From Candidatus Omnitrophota bacterium (lineage in GTDB: Bacteria; Omnitrophota; Gorgyraeia; Gygaellales; Profunditerraquicolaceae): a stretch of 64,000 nucleotides of DNA. The DNA lies in assembly GCA_041653035.1 (NCBI GenBank), contig JBAZGE010000002.1, positions 17,451-81,450 of the forward strand, in the 5' to 3' direction. Made by a program: the position numbers and the translations under genes. How positions within the stretch are numbered: the stretch's first letter is position 1; each line of letters begins with the position of its first letter. The notes below the pieces were generated by a model that was not told the DNA's origin, searched no databases, and worked only from the letters and a program-made list of their open reading frames with translations. Shown piece by piece: positions 31,118-40,243 of the stretch.

Positions 31118-31725
31118 TATTTATTATGATTCTTTAACAGGTTAAAAAATCCCAGCAAGAGACCTATTACCAGCAAAGCCCCTGCGGGCAGGCCGATCAT
31201 TAGGATCGGTTCGAATCCGCGTATGACCAGGAAATTGAAAAACCTTCCGAATCCCAAAATTTCGCGTATCCCGCAAATAAGCAGCAGTGCCAGCGTGAAG
31301 CCGATCCCCATGCCGATACCGTCCAGGATGGAAGAGAATACCGAGTTTTTGGAAGCGAATGCTTCAGCCCTGCCCAGCACCATACAGTTGACCACAATGA
31401 GAGGTACGTATATACCCAGCGCGCGGTTTAATCCCGGGCTGTAGGCTTTTAAGGTCATTTCCGCGATGGTGACAAACGTGGCAATGACCACGATATAACA
31501 GGGGATGCGTATCTCCGCCGGGATGAATTTTTTGATCAGGGAAATAATAATATTGGAACCCAGCAATACAAAAGTGGCGGTTATGCCCATGCCTAACCCG
31601 TTGGTCATGGACACGGAAACCGCCAGCGCAGGGCAAAGCCCCAGCGCGAGCACAAAGATAGGGTTCTCACGTATGACGCCCTTGATAAGTTCCGTAACCG
31701 CCTGATTATTTTTTCTGTCAGTCAT
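31117..31725 (-). CDS. rnfE: Rnf complex subunit E
   Basis: LGLCPALAVS..., IYVPLIVVNCMVLGRAEAFA motifs as in RsxE. Confidence 0.9.
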   Translation of the reverse strand: MTDRKNNQAVTELIKGVIRENPIFVLALGLCPALAVSVSMTNGLGMGITATFVLLGSNIIISLIKKFIPAEIRIPCYIVVIATFVTIAEMTLKAYSPGLNRALGIYVPLIVVNCMVLGRAEAFASKNSVFSSILDGIGMGIGFTLALLLICGIREILGFGRFFNFLVIRGFEPILMIGLPAGALLVIGLLLGFFNLLKNHNK

Positions 31726-31743
31726 GTTTGTTCGTGTGTTCGC

Positions 31744-31770
31744 GTGTTTGTGTGTTTGTGTGTTTGTGTG
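31744..31770. repeat. Hexanucleotide simple-sequence repeat (GTGTTT/TGTGTT)x about 4.5 inside the 87-bp rnfD-rnfE intergenic spacer, bracketed by inverted repeat GTGTTCGCGTGTT (31734-31746) / AACACGCGAAC (31802-31812)
   Basis: Read directly. On the transcribed strand the leader of rnfE is CA-rich (AACACACAAACACACAAACACAC...). Confidence 0.8.
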
Positions 31771-31812
31771 TTCTCGTGTTCTTGCGAACTTAAGAACGCG
31801 CGAACACGCGAA

Positions 31813-32751
31813 CTAACTCCCATACACCCTGTTACCCGTGAACCGGTCGATCACCGGAGCGGCCGCGTTCATCATCAGTATGGCGTAGGAAACTCCCTCC
31901 GCCGAACCGCCCCAGATACGCAGGACCGCCGTCAACAAACCGCATCCCGCGCCGAAAATAACCTGTCCTTTCCGGGTCAGGGGGCTGGTTACGTAATCCG
32001 TGGCCATAAAAAAAGCCCCCAGGATAAGGCCGCCGCTGAGGATATGCAGTAACCAGTTCCCGCTGAATAACGCTTTTTCCCCGAATATCCAGATCACCAC
32101 GGCATTGGCCGCGATAAAGGTCAACGGGATATGCCAGGTAATGTATTTTTTATACAGGAGATAGGCCGCCCCGATAAGCAAAGCCAGGATACAGACTTCG
32201 CCGATACAGCCGCCTTTTTTTCCCAGGAAAAGATCCATATACGAAAGATTGTCCAGTACTTTGCCTTCTTTCAGCAAAGTCAGCGGCGTAGCGCAGGTGA
32301 CTGCGTCACCGGTAAATGGAGCGGTGAACGTGGTCACGTATTTCGGCCACGATGCCACGAGGAACGCTCTTCCTGTCAGCGCGGGGTTGAAAATATTTTG
32401 ACCTAATCCGCCGAATACCTGTTTGCCTATGGCAATGGCGAAAAAAGATCCGGCAATGGGTATCCAGAAAGGCACCTGAGGCGGTAGATTGAAAGCGAGA
32501 AGCAGCCCGGTCAAAAAAGCGCTTCCGTCTGAAACTGAGACCTTCCGGTGTGTCATTTTCTGCAGTATGGCTTCGCCGGCAACCGTTGAGAGAATGCATA
32601 AGGCCATGACCCATGCCGCGCGGGCGCCGAAAATAAGCACCCCGGCAACAACCGTCGGAAGCAGGCTTATGTTTACCGCCCACATTATCCGGCGCACGGA
32701 TTCTTTCTTATGCAGGTGGGGAGATGACGTGACTATGAATTTGTTATCCAT
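31813..32751 (-). CDS. rnfD: Rnf complex subunit D
   Basis: SSPH start, ALLTGLLLAFNLPP, GGLGQNIFNPAL, WHIPL and C-terminal FMN-attachment region shared with RsxD/NqrB. Confidence 0.9.
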   Translation of the reverse strand: MDNKFIVTSSPHLHKKESVRRIMWAVNISLLPTVVAGVLIFGARAAWVMALCILSTVAGEAILQKMTHRKVSVSDGSAFLTGLLLAFNLPPQVPFWIPIAGSFFAIAIGKQVFGGLGQNIFNPALTGRAFLVASWPKYVTTFTAPFTGDAVTCATPLTLLKEGKVLDNLSYMDLFLGKKGGCIGEVCILALLIGAAYLLYKKYITWHIPLTFIAANAVVIWIFGEKALFSGNWLLHILSGGLILGAFFMATDYVTSPLTRKGQVIFGAGCGLLTAVLRIWGGSAEGVSYAILMMNAAAPVIDRFTGNRVYGS

Positions 32752-32754
32752 GAA

Positions 32755-33342
32755 CTAATTATTTTTGTTTACCAGGTTTAATATCTCGATCGCCCGTTTT
32801 TTGACCGATTCGATGACCGCGCGGGAAGATATGGTCGCGCCGGTGATCGCCTGTACCTGGTCCAACTCCGCGGCTTTCTTTCCGCTGAACTGCTGCTGGA
32901 ACCACGGTTTCTGTTCGGAGCCCTGCTTTGCCCCCTTGAGCACATCGCCGATAGTTTTGTCGTCTTTCACTTCGCAGATGCGCGCGCCCAGCCCCGGGGT
33001 TTCGTTCTGGTTGAGCACTTTTATCCCGGTAATCGTCCCCTCCGGCGTGATCCCTGCCACGGTCTCGATAACGCTTGCATATCCCTTGCCGCTGGCCCTG
33101 AAAACATATCCTGCGGTTTCCCGGCGGGCATTTCCCCCTGTATAGTAGACAACCGCATCATTCTCCTTGACCGGTTCAAATATGTCCGCCCCCGGCAGGA
33201 CTTCTTTCAGGCTGTTCATCTCCTCGCTCTGCGCCTGGGCTTGGATACGGTCCTGGGTGAGCATATTCATCCCTGCTAAAAGGCCGGCGGCTATCAGGCA
33301 GATGAATGCGAGTGTGGATCCGTATCTGATAAGTTCCTTCAT
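32755..33342 (-). CDS. rnfG: Rnf complex subunit G (FMN-binding)
   Basis: Single TM, ETPGLGARI and ITGATISSRAV FMN-binding motifs. Confidence 0.85.
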   Translation of the reverse strand: MKELIRYGSTLAFICLIAAGLLAGMNMLTQDRIQAQAQSEEMNSLKEVLPGADIFEPVKENDAVVYYTGGNARRETAGYVFRASGKGYASVIETVAGITPEGTITGIKVLNQNETPGLGARICEVKDDKTIGDVLKGAKQGSEQKPWFQQQFSGKKAAELDQVQAITGATISSRAVIESVKKRAIEILNLVNKNN

Positions 33343-34616
33343 GATTTTATCGCCTCCATTTTAGCCCTGCGTATCGACTGTACGAGCCTGCGGTTTGCCG
33401 GGCAGACATACGAGCAGATGCCGCATTCGATGCAATCTATGCATCCGTAGGCTTTGGCCTGCGCCCAGTTGCTTTTTTCACTTGCCATATTGATGAGGCA
33501 GGGCATAAGCCCGCTGGGACACTCTTTTACACAGGCCCCGCAGCGGATGCAGTATTCTTCTTCCCGGATCTCCGCCTCTTCTTTGCTGAACAGGACTATT
33601 CCGGTGGTGGATTTTATCACCGGGACCATGTCCGAAGATTTGGAGACCCCCATCATCGGGCCCCCGAAAATTATTTTCACAGGCGGGCATTTTAACGGCC
33701 CGCAAAACCCCACCAGTTCCTTTATGGGAGTGCCTATGCGCACTAAAAGATTCTGAGGGTTGGACAGGCAGCTGCCGGTTACCGTCACCACCCGTTCATA
33801 GAGCGGTTTCTTCTTGTATACCGCTTCGAAGACGGCGAAAACCGTAGCCACATTCTGTACCACCACGCCTATATCGAAGGGGAGTTTTCCCCGGGGGATC
33901 TCTTTGTTCAGGACGTTCTTAATGAGCTGTTTCTCTCCTCCCTGCGGATACTCGGATTTTAAAGATTTTACGGTGAACTGGCCACTGTTAACTGAAAACT
34001 GTTTTATTGCTTCAGGTTTATTGTTTTCTATAGCTATATATATTTCTTTTACTTTCAGGCATTGAGCAACTATTTTGATTCCCAGGCATATTTCTTCTGT
34101 CCGTTCTACCATCAACCGGTAATCCCCGGTCAGGTACGGCTCGCATTCACAACCGTTAATGATAAGGATATCTACCGGTTTGGGCGGATTAAGCTTGATG
34201 TGGGTTGGGAACGACGCTCCTCCCATGCCGACGATACCGGCTTCAAAGATAATGGCGCGTATTTGGTCCGGCGTCAGAGCGTTTATTTCGGCCTGCGTCC
34301 GCGCAGACATCGGCACCGGCGTATCTTTGCCGTCATTCTCGATGACGATAGCCCGGGATTTTCCCATAAGCGGGTGGAACCAGTTCTGGATGCCTGCCAC
34401 CTTGCCTGAGATCGAGGCGTGAACGGGTGCAAAGACATTGCCGTCGGAAGCCGCCAGCCGCTGGCCGCGCAATACAGTATCTCCTATATTTACTTCTACC
34501 TTGTTGCAGATCTTGCCGATATGCTGGCTGAGGGGGATATAGGCTTTATCCGGCAGGCGCGCCGCTTCTATGGTTTCGTGTTCGGTTCTTGATTTGAGTT
34601 CTGCGAGTTTTACCAT
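33339..34616 (-). CDS. rnfC: Rnf complex subunit C
   Basis: GMGGASFPTHIKL, INGCECEPYLT and two C-terminal 4Fe-4S motifs. The probable start is MVKLAELKS at 34616; the listed ORF extends further 5' into the MFS gene's 3' end. Confidence 0.85.
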   Translation of the reverse strand: MVKLAELKSRTEHETIEAARLPDKAYIPLSQHIGKICNKVEVNIGDTVLRGQRLAASDGNVFAPVHASISGKVAGIQNWFHPLMGKSRAIVIENDGKDTPVPMSARTQAEINALTPDQIRAIIFEAGIVGMGGASFPTHIKLNPPKPVDILIINGCECEPYLTGDYRLMVERTEEICLGIKIVAQCLKVKEIYIAIENNKPEAIKQFSVNSGQFTVKSLKSEYPQGGEKQLIKNVLNKEIPRGKLPFDIGVVVQNVATVFAVFEAVYKKKPLYERVVTVTGSCLSNPQNLLVRIGTPIKELVGFCGPLKCPPVKIIFGGPMMGVSKSSDMVPVIKSTTGIVLFSKEEAEIREEEYCIRCGACVKECPSGLMPCLINMASEKSNWAQAKAYGCIDCIECGICSYVCPANRRLVQSIRRAKMEAIKS

Positions 34617-35860
34617 GTTATTTTGTGATGCAGAAAAAGATTTACGCCCCCGACTCCTATAATAATCCATCCCACAGACGTAAGAATGATTTGGGGAGAG
34701 TACACTTCCGCCAGGCGGCTGCTTACGAACATGCATAGTAAAAAACCGAGGTGCATGATGATTTCGAAGGCGCTAAAGACCTTGCCCAGCATATTGTTCT
34801 CGCTGACATGGTGTATGATCGTGTTGGAAGCGATCATAATAGGAGAAATTGTCAGTCCAAGAACGAAAGAAAGCAGTGCCGCAGTTGTGAAATAGGGGTG
34901 TGTGTTTAAAACTGACGCGAAAACAATAAGCATTATACCACTCAGTATCAAAGTCACAAATATTATTTTATAGGGAGATATTCGCTGCCCGAACCTGCCG
35001 TATATTAAAGCCCCTCCCAGTAAGCCCGTTCCCAGGAACATGATCAACAGGCCTAGTTCCCCGGTCACCGTTTTGAGCGTTTGTTGTATAAAAACGATAG
35101 ATACCACATATACCGCGCCCAGCGCCGACCATAAGATGAAAGTAATGATTGACGTGAAACGCAGGTTTTTGTTCTTAGCGAAATAGACAAACCCTTCTTT
35201 AATTTCGTCCCAGAGTGATTTTCTGATCAGTTCTACCAGTTCTCTTCCTCTTTCCCTGCGGTGTCCTCCCGTGCGGACGGCCCGTATGGAGATCAGGAAA
35301 ATAAAGATGCCGGAAATAAGGAAGCTCAAAGCGTCGAAATAAAACCCTTTTTGCGCGCCCAGCCATTGTACCAGTAGACCGCTTATCCCGAATCCTACGA
35401 TTGCGGCGATCATTCCGGTGGTGTTTACCAGCGAGTTTGCCAGGAGCAGATCTTTTGGCTCTACCAGTTCCGGGATGATGGAGAGTTTCGCGGGGACGAA
35501 AAACCTGCCGATACAGAAGGTAAGAAAGATGATGATATATATAGGAAGGAAGCTTTGCCGGTAAAACAGGAACAACGGTATGCACAGGATCAATCCCGCC
35601 CTGAGGAGATCGCATATGTACATGGTACGGCGCCTGTCCCAGCGGTCGACATACACGCCGGCCACCGGCCCGATGAGGAATACCGGGATGATGGTGAAGG
35701 AAAGGATTTTGGCTATTTGCATGGATGATCCGGGCGCCCGCTGGTACACCAATCCGATGAGTGCCATCTGGCTTAATCTGTCTCCAACTTGGGAGATGAT
35801 CTGCCCTATCCACAGAAGGGAAAAATTACGGTTCCGGAGGATCTTTCTGAATCTGGCCAT
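34610..35860 (-). CDS. MFS transporter (EntS/macrolide-efflux-like)
   Basis: Twelve predicted TM helices. N-terminal NRNFSLLWIGQIISQVGDRL motif typical of MFS. Confidence 0.75.
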   Translation of the reverse strand: MARFRKILRNRNFSLLWIGQIISQVGDRLSQMALIGLVYQRAPGSSMQIAKILSFTIIPVFLIGPVAGVYVDRWDRRRTMYICDLLRAGLILCIPLFLFYRQSFLPIYIIIFLTFCIGRFFVPAKLSIIPELVEPKDLLLANSLVNTTGMIAAIVGFGISGLLVQWLGAQKGFYFDALSFLISGIFIFLISIRAVRTGGHRRERGRELVELIRKSLWDEIKEGFVYFAKNKNLRFTSIITFILWSALGAVYVVSIVFIQQTLKTVTGELGLLIMFLGTGLLGGALIYGRFGQRISPYKIIFVTLILSGIMLIVFASVLNTHPYFTTAALLSFVLGLTISPIMIASNTIIHHVSENNMLGKVFSAFEIIMHLGFLLCMFVSSRLAEVYSPQIILTSVGWIIIGVGGVNLFLHHKITW

Positions 35861-35947
35861 GTTAGTTCACCGATAACAGTTTACAGCCCACAGTCCGTAG
35901 TGCGGCCGTTAACTATGTACCGTGGTTGTTCTTAGGAAAATAAAAAA

Positions 35948-36020
35948 AGCCGGCGGAGGGAATCGAACCCACGACCCACGATTTACGAAACCGTTGCTCT
36001 ACCAACTGAGCTACGCCGGC
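35948..36020 (-). tRNA. tRNA-Thr (CGT)
   Basis: Reverse complement reads GCCGGCGTAGCTCAGTTGGTAGAGCAACGGTTTCGTAAATCGTGGGTCGTGGGTTCGATTCCCTCCGCCGGC with anticodon loop TTCGTAA. One T:T mismatch in the T-stem as I fold it. Confidence 0.75.
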
Positions 36021-36032
36021 AAATTTAATCTG

Positions 36033-36232
36033 TTGAAAAAGCCTCATCTGCTGCGTTGCGCAGAAAGCGCACGCCGGTCTTTCCAATAAGGCCGGGTGCT
36101 GCTGCGCCGCGCTCCGTTGTGCGGCGTATAGATATCATACGCCTGCGCAGAAGCGCGTACCAAACCATCTTTATAGGTTTTGGTGCTCCGCCGTCGCTTG
36201 GCGCGCGCCTTGCATCTGAGGCTTTTTGAGCG
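36033..36232. repeat. About 200-bp intergenic repeated element, copy 1, with internal near-palindrome GGCGTATAGATATCATACGCC
   Basis: Three blocks are shared with 42551-42662: TGAAAAAGCCTCATCTGCTGCGTTGC; GCGCTCCGTTGTGCGGCGTATAGATATCATACGCCT; CCGCCGTCGCTTGGCGCGCGCCTTGCATCTGAGGCTTTTTGAGC. This copy has two extra inserts. Confidence 0.75.
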
Positions 36233-36377
36233 GATTAATCACACGTCATAGATTGTAGTATTGTATTACCGATGACAATTATAGCAATATTTTAGTAATA
36301 GTCAACTAAAAGGGGAGGGAAGAGCATTTTTCTTTTAGAAGGTACTTTTTCATGATACTTTTTCATAGTAAAAACAC

Positions 36378-36406
36378 TTGACTTGTGATATTATTGATAG
36401 TATAAA
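36378..36406 (+). promoter_or_regulatory. Sigma70-type promoter TTGACT-17-TATAAA upstream of the ROK regulator gene
   Basis: Near-consensus hexamers with exact 17-nt spacing, about 100 nt upstream of ATG 36505. Confidence 0.55.
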
Positions 36407-36504
36407 TAGTAACTAATAATGCGGGAATCCGTGTTAATTTAATTCCCTTCGCAAAATCCCCGGTCTTTAGTCCGAGGGGGCTCCATTACAACAAAGGATT
36501 TGTC

Positions 36505-37740
36505 ATGCAGGCTGCGGATTTTAGAAAAGAAGATCTCTCCGAACGTGAACGCCGCAACATCGATATCCTGGAAATACTGAGGAGGCACGGTCCTATAAGC
36601 AGGCCGGATATCTCCAAGGAGATCGGGATCAATGTTGTAACCGTCTCCAATTATATCGACGATTTCATTCGTCATAAACTCGTGTTTGAAAAAGAGCTCG
36701 ACGTTTCCGAAGGCGGCAGGCGCCCGGTCCTCTTGGACCTGAACCCGCAGGGAGGCTATATTATCGGCACCGGTTTGAACCTGATGAATATGGTCGGACT
36801 GCTGGTGGACCTCAAAGGCAATATTATAACCAAGACGCAGATCGCGCGGCCCAAGTTTACCGTGAAAGATGTTACCGAATCCCTGTTAGATATTATCCGC
36901 GAGATATTCAGGCGTTCCAAAGGATACGCAGGTAATATAAAAGGTATCGGAATAGGGCTGGCCGGATTAGTCAGTAAGCAGGACGGTTCTATTCATTGGC
37001 CGCAGAAGATGGATCATTATTATACGTATGCCTCGGTTGATCTTCCCCTGCGTGAGCTTATCGAACGCGAATTTAACCTTCCGGTATTGATTGAGAACGA
37101 CGCCACCGCCGCCTGTTTCGGAGAATACTGGCTGGGGGCGGGGACGGAGTTAAAGAATCTGGTGTATATGTTTTCCGGCGTGGGATGCGGGATTGTTATC
37201 GACGGTCATATTTACCGCGGATCCCGGGGGTACGCGGGAGAAGTTTCTATTTATAATTATAAAGAGAACGATTTGTTCAACTGTGAAGCCGGCAATCCCT
37301 GTTTTTTAAAGCGCTGGGAAGTGGATCTGGGGATCGTTGAGGATGTGAAAGCCGCGCTTTCAAAAGACGCGGAAGCCGCCAAAGTTTTCTCACAAGTCTC
37401 CGGCGGAGATATCATCACTCTCGACCTCAAAGCCGTTTTTACCGCCGCCCGTCTGAAGAATCCGGCCGCCGCCGCCGCGCTCAAAAAAGCGGCAAAGAGA
37501 TTGGGCATACGGGTCGCCTATATCGCCAACCTTCTGAATCCGGAGATGATCGTCATCGGAGGAGGTTTCGAGGATGCGGGGGAAGATTTTCTGAACGAAG
37601 TCGCCGCGACCATTAAGGCCTGGGCGTTTAGGGAAGTCACCGAGGACCTCAAGATAGTGTATGCGCAGTTACGGGAGAACGCGGTAGCCTTAGGCACGGC
37701 GAGCCTCGTGATGCAGAGAGTATTCGCTCATTTATTATAA
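36505..37740 (+). CDS. ROK-family transcriptional regulator (N-terminal wHTH plus sugar-kinase-like domain)
   Basis: HTH region (ILEILRRHGPISRPDISKEIGINVVTVSNYI) and ROK body with the zinc motif region (CFGEYWLGAG....GVGCGIVIDGHIYRG). Confidence 0.8.
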   Translation: MQAADFRKEDLSERERRNIDILEILRRHGPISRPDISKEIGINVVTVSNYIDDFIRHKLVFEKELDVSEGGRRPVLLDLNPQGGYIIGTGLNLMNMVGLLVDLKGNIITKTQIARPKFTVKDVTESLLDIIREIFRRSKGYAGNIKGIGIGLAGLVSKQDGSIHWPQKMDHYYTYASVDLPLRELIEREFNLPVLIENDATAACFGEYWLGAGTELKNLVYMFSGVGCGIVIDGHIYRGSRGYAGEVSIYNYKENDLFNCEAGNPCFLKRWEVDLGIVEDVKAALSKDAEAAKVFSQVSGGDIITLDLKAVFTAARLKNPAAAAALKKAAKRLGIRVAYIANLLNPEMIVIGGGFEDAGEDFLNEVAATIKAWAFREVTEDLKIVYAQLRENAVALGTASLVMQRVFAHLL

Positions 37741-37802
37741 TCCCGGAATTCCGATGCAAACTCCGGGGTATGATATCATTATCATCATATAAAGGAGAGT
37801 GA

Positions 37803-38996
37803 ATGCAGAATAAAATCAAATTCATAATCATTGCCGTCGCGGCCGTCCTGCTCATCAGTATCATCGTGAATGTGCAGACGTTCCGGGCAAAGAAAGAGGT
37901 TGAACGGCAACGGGATGTTTTAAAAGAAGAGAATTCGGCGCTCCAGAAAAAGATCGATAAGGCGTTGGATGAGAATAAGCGCCTGGATGCGAAATTGAAT
38001 CTGCTCCAGAAAGATTTCGAGAAACTCACCTTGGAAATGACCGCCATTACCGCAGCCAAAGGAGAACTCCAGAAACAGTTTGAGATCGTCAAGAAAGAGA
38101 AAGAAGACCTCGCCGATAAACTAAAGGCGCTTACCGCCGAAGATTCGGGGTTGGTAAAACCCTCCGCGGTCAATGCCATGGCTGATTCCTATTGGGCGAG
38201 CATCTTGAAAAAGAAATCTGATTTGGAATTGCAGGTGGAGAGCTTGAAGAATGAGATTAACAAGATCCGCCTTTCCAGCGCCCAGTTGCAGTCCGAAAAA
38301 GGCGACCTCGAACTGGAAGTGAGCAATTACACCCGCCAGAACGACGACCTGAAACGCCAAATTGAATATATCGGTTCAAATCAGAAATCCATAGACACCC
38401 TTACCCAGGATTTGGTCCGGGAAAAGAACGATAAGTTCCAGATACAGAATTCCCTGAGCCTGGTAAAAGGGGAGAACAGCCTCCTCCGCCGGCAATTGAA
38501 AAGCCTCGGGAAACGCAATATCTCCCTTGAGAAAAAGATGGTGGAATACCAGGGGAAGAATAGGAACCTGGAAGACAGCTTCGCCAAGGTGGAAACATTG
38601 TTAAAAGACCAGATGCTGAAGATGTCTAGTTTAAAAGGCCAGTTGGAAGTCGAGAAAGACGCGGTGAATCAGGCCGCCGCGGAAGTTTCCGAGCAAGGAA
38701 TGTCCGATTCCGTGGAATTGCCGCCTATCGTGGTAAGCCCGCGGGAAGGCGTGAACCAGGGCCAGCTTGGCTCTATAATCGTGCTCGGGAAAGTTCTTTC
38801 CGTTGACCGGGAGAATAACTTTGCCGTTATCGATCTGGGCGATAACGCCGGGGTTAAAAAAGGGGATATGTTCCAGGTTTTTCGGGGAGATCGGCCTATT
38901 GGAGAATTATCCGTCATGGAAACGCGCCGCAATTATTCGGCGTGCGACATACGCAAAGAGACCTCTACCATTCAATCGGGGGATAAAGTTAAATAA
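37803..38996 (+). CDS. Membrane-anchored long coiled-coil protein with a C-terminal small beta domain
   Basis: N-terminal TM, about 270 aa of heptad-rich coiled coil, then a C-terminal about 90-aa domain (GSIIVLGKVLSVDRENNFAVIDLGDNAGVKKGDMFQVF). Confidence 0.4.
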   Translation: MQNKIKFIIIAVAAVLLISIIVNVQTFRAKKEVERQRDVLKEENSALQKKIDKALDENKRLDAKLNLLQKDFEKLTLEMTAITAAKGELQKQFEIVKKEKEDLADKLKALTAEDSGLVKPSAVNAMADSYWASILKKKSDLELQVESLKNEINKIRLSSAQLQSEKGDLELEVSNYTRQNDDLKRQIEYIGSNQKSIDTLTQDLVREKNDKFQIQNSLSLVKGENSLLRRQLKSLGKRNISLEKKMVEYQGKNRNLEDSFAKVETLLKDQMLKMSSLKGQLEVEKDAVNQAAAEVSEQGMSDSVELPPIVVSPREGVNQGQLGSIIVLGKVLSVDRENNFAVIDLGDNAGVKKGDMFQVFRGDRPIGELSVMETRRNYSACDIRKETSTIQSGDKVK

Positions 38997-39021
38997 CCGC
39001 CAGGGCAACGTTTCGATTCTC

Positions 39022-40050
39022 ATGGTCCGATCCCGAAAAAAACTCTCCAAGAATATTTCTATCGAAGACGTCGCCCGGGCAGCCGGAGTTTCCATATCCA
39101 CCGTTTCGCGCGTCATCAATAAATCCCCTTCAGTTAAAGTGGATAACCGCGTCAGCGTCCTGGAGGCCGTAAAAAAACTCAAGTTTCAGCCGTCTGTCCT
39201 GGCTCAGCGTCTGGCCACCGGCAGGACCAACGTGGTGACCCTCGTGATACCGCGCTACGAAGGTATTTTTTATTCATACTACGCCCTGGAACTGATCAAA
39301 GGCATCGGTACGCTGTGCGAAGTGTTGAAACTGGACCTCCTGCTTCATCTGACCGATGGGCACTCTCCCCTGAACGTGAAAGGGGTGGGCGGGGTTATTT
39401 TCGCCGATGTCATCGGCAACGGCCATCAATTGGAAGAAGTTTTGGACAGCGAAGTCCCGGTCATCGTCATCAATCACTACGTTGAAGACAATGAGGTGAG
39501 TTGTATCTCGGTGGACAATGTCGGCGGCGCCGAAAGCGCGGTGAATTATCTCGTCGGTCTCGGCCACCGGAAGATCGCGCATATAACCGGCGACTTGATC
39601 TCGCAGGCCGCCACCCAGCGTTTGGAAGGGTACAAGCGCGCGCTGGCTAAAAATAATATCGAACTGGAACAGGAATATATAATTCCCACGGATTACTCAA
39701 GAGGGCAAGCGCGTTCAGCGGCTGAGAAACTGATCAAAATGCCCCATCCACCGACTGCGGTATTCGTCGCTTCCGACTCCATGGCCCTGGAGGTCATGGC
39801 ATTCGCGCGGGAACACGGGGTGAAGATCCCCGCGGATCTCTCCATAGTCGGTTTTGACGATAATCCTTCCGGGCTCTATGGGCCTGTGGCATTGACGACC
39901 GTCAGACAGCCGTTCATCAAAATGGCTCAGGACTCAGTCAAGGAATTGGCTCTTTTGATGAGCCGCGTGAAAAACGTCCCCATCAGAAAAGTTGTGCTTC
40001 CTGCTGAATTGGTTATCCGTGAATCCTGTCAGTTCCTCGAGCATTCGTAA
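39022..40050 (+). CDS. LacI-family transcriptional regulator
   Basis: HTH ISIEDVARAAGVSISTVSRVIN followed by a periplasmic-binding-protein-like effector domain. ATG at 39022. Confidence 0.85.
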   Translation: MVRSRKKLSKNISIEDVARAAGVSISTVSRVINKSPSVKVDNRVSVLEAVKKLKFQPSVLAQRLATGRTNVVTLVIPRYEGIFYSYYALELIKGIGTLCEVLKLDLLLHLTDGHSPLNVKGVGGVIFADVIGNGHQLEEVLDSEVPVIVINHYVEDNEVSCISVDNVGGAESAVNYLVGLGHRKIAHITGDLISQAATQRLEGYKRALAKNNIELEQEYIIPTDYSRGQARSAAEKLIKMPHPPTAVFVASDSMALEVMAFAREHGVKIPADLSIVGFDDNPSGLYGPVALTTVRQPFIKMAQDSVKELALLMSRVKNVPIRKVVLPAELVIRESCQFLEHS

Positions 40051-40091
40051 ATCGTACCAGCCACAACAAATAGTGCTTTATCGATAAAAAA

Positions 40092-40107
40092 ATACAATAT
40101 CTTGTGT
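40092..40107 (+). promoter_or_regulatory. Candidate NrdR box (ATACAATATCTTGTGT) just upstream of the nrdJ promoter
   Basis: 14 of 16 positions match the acaCwAtATaTwGtgt NrdR-box consensus as I recall it; lies 9 nt 5' of the -35 hexamer. Confidence 0.45.
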
Positions 40108-40115
40108 TTTTTATG

Positions 40116-40144
40116 TTGACAGCTTTTTTTACCGGTGATATACT
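40116..40144 (+). promoter_or_regulatory. Sigma70-type promoter TTGACA-17-TATACT for nrdJ
   Basis: Consensus -35, 17-nt spacer, good -10; 100 nt upstream of ATG 40244, which has an AAGGAGG Shine-Dalgarno. Confidence 0.55.
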
Positions 40145-40243
40145 CTGCGTAATAAGGGGAACGAGGAAAAGTTTATCTGGTCAAACAAAGCAGTACTGGC
40201 ATAATAGCTTTTTTATCATACCAAGGCTATTAAAGGAGGCAGA

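Noticed and set aside
31744-31770. Possible CRISPR-like array
   Set aside because: It is a single short hexanucleotide microsatellite with no spacers, sitting inside an operon spacer. It is not a CRISPR array.
40060-40243. Cobalamin riboswitch in the nrdJ leader
   Set aside because: The leader is about 100 nt with no B12-box-like (GCCACTG) sequence. A promoter plus NrdR box explain the region better.
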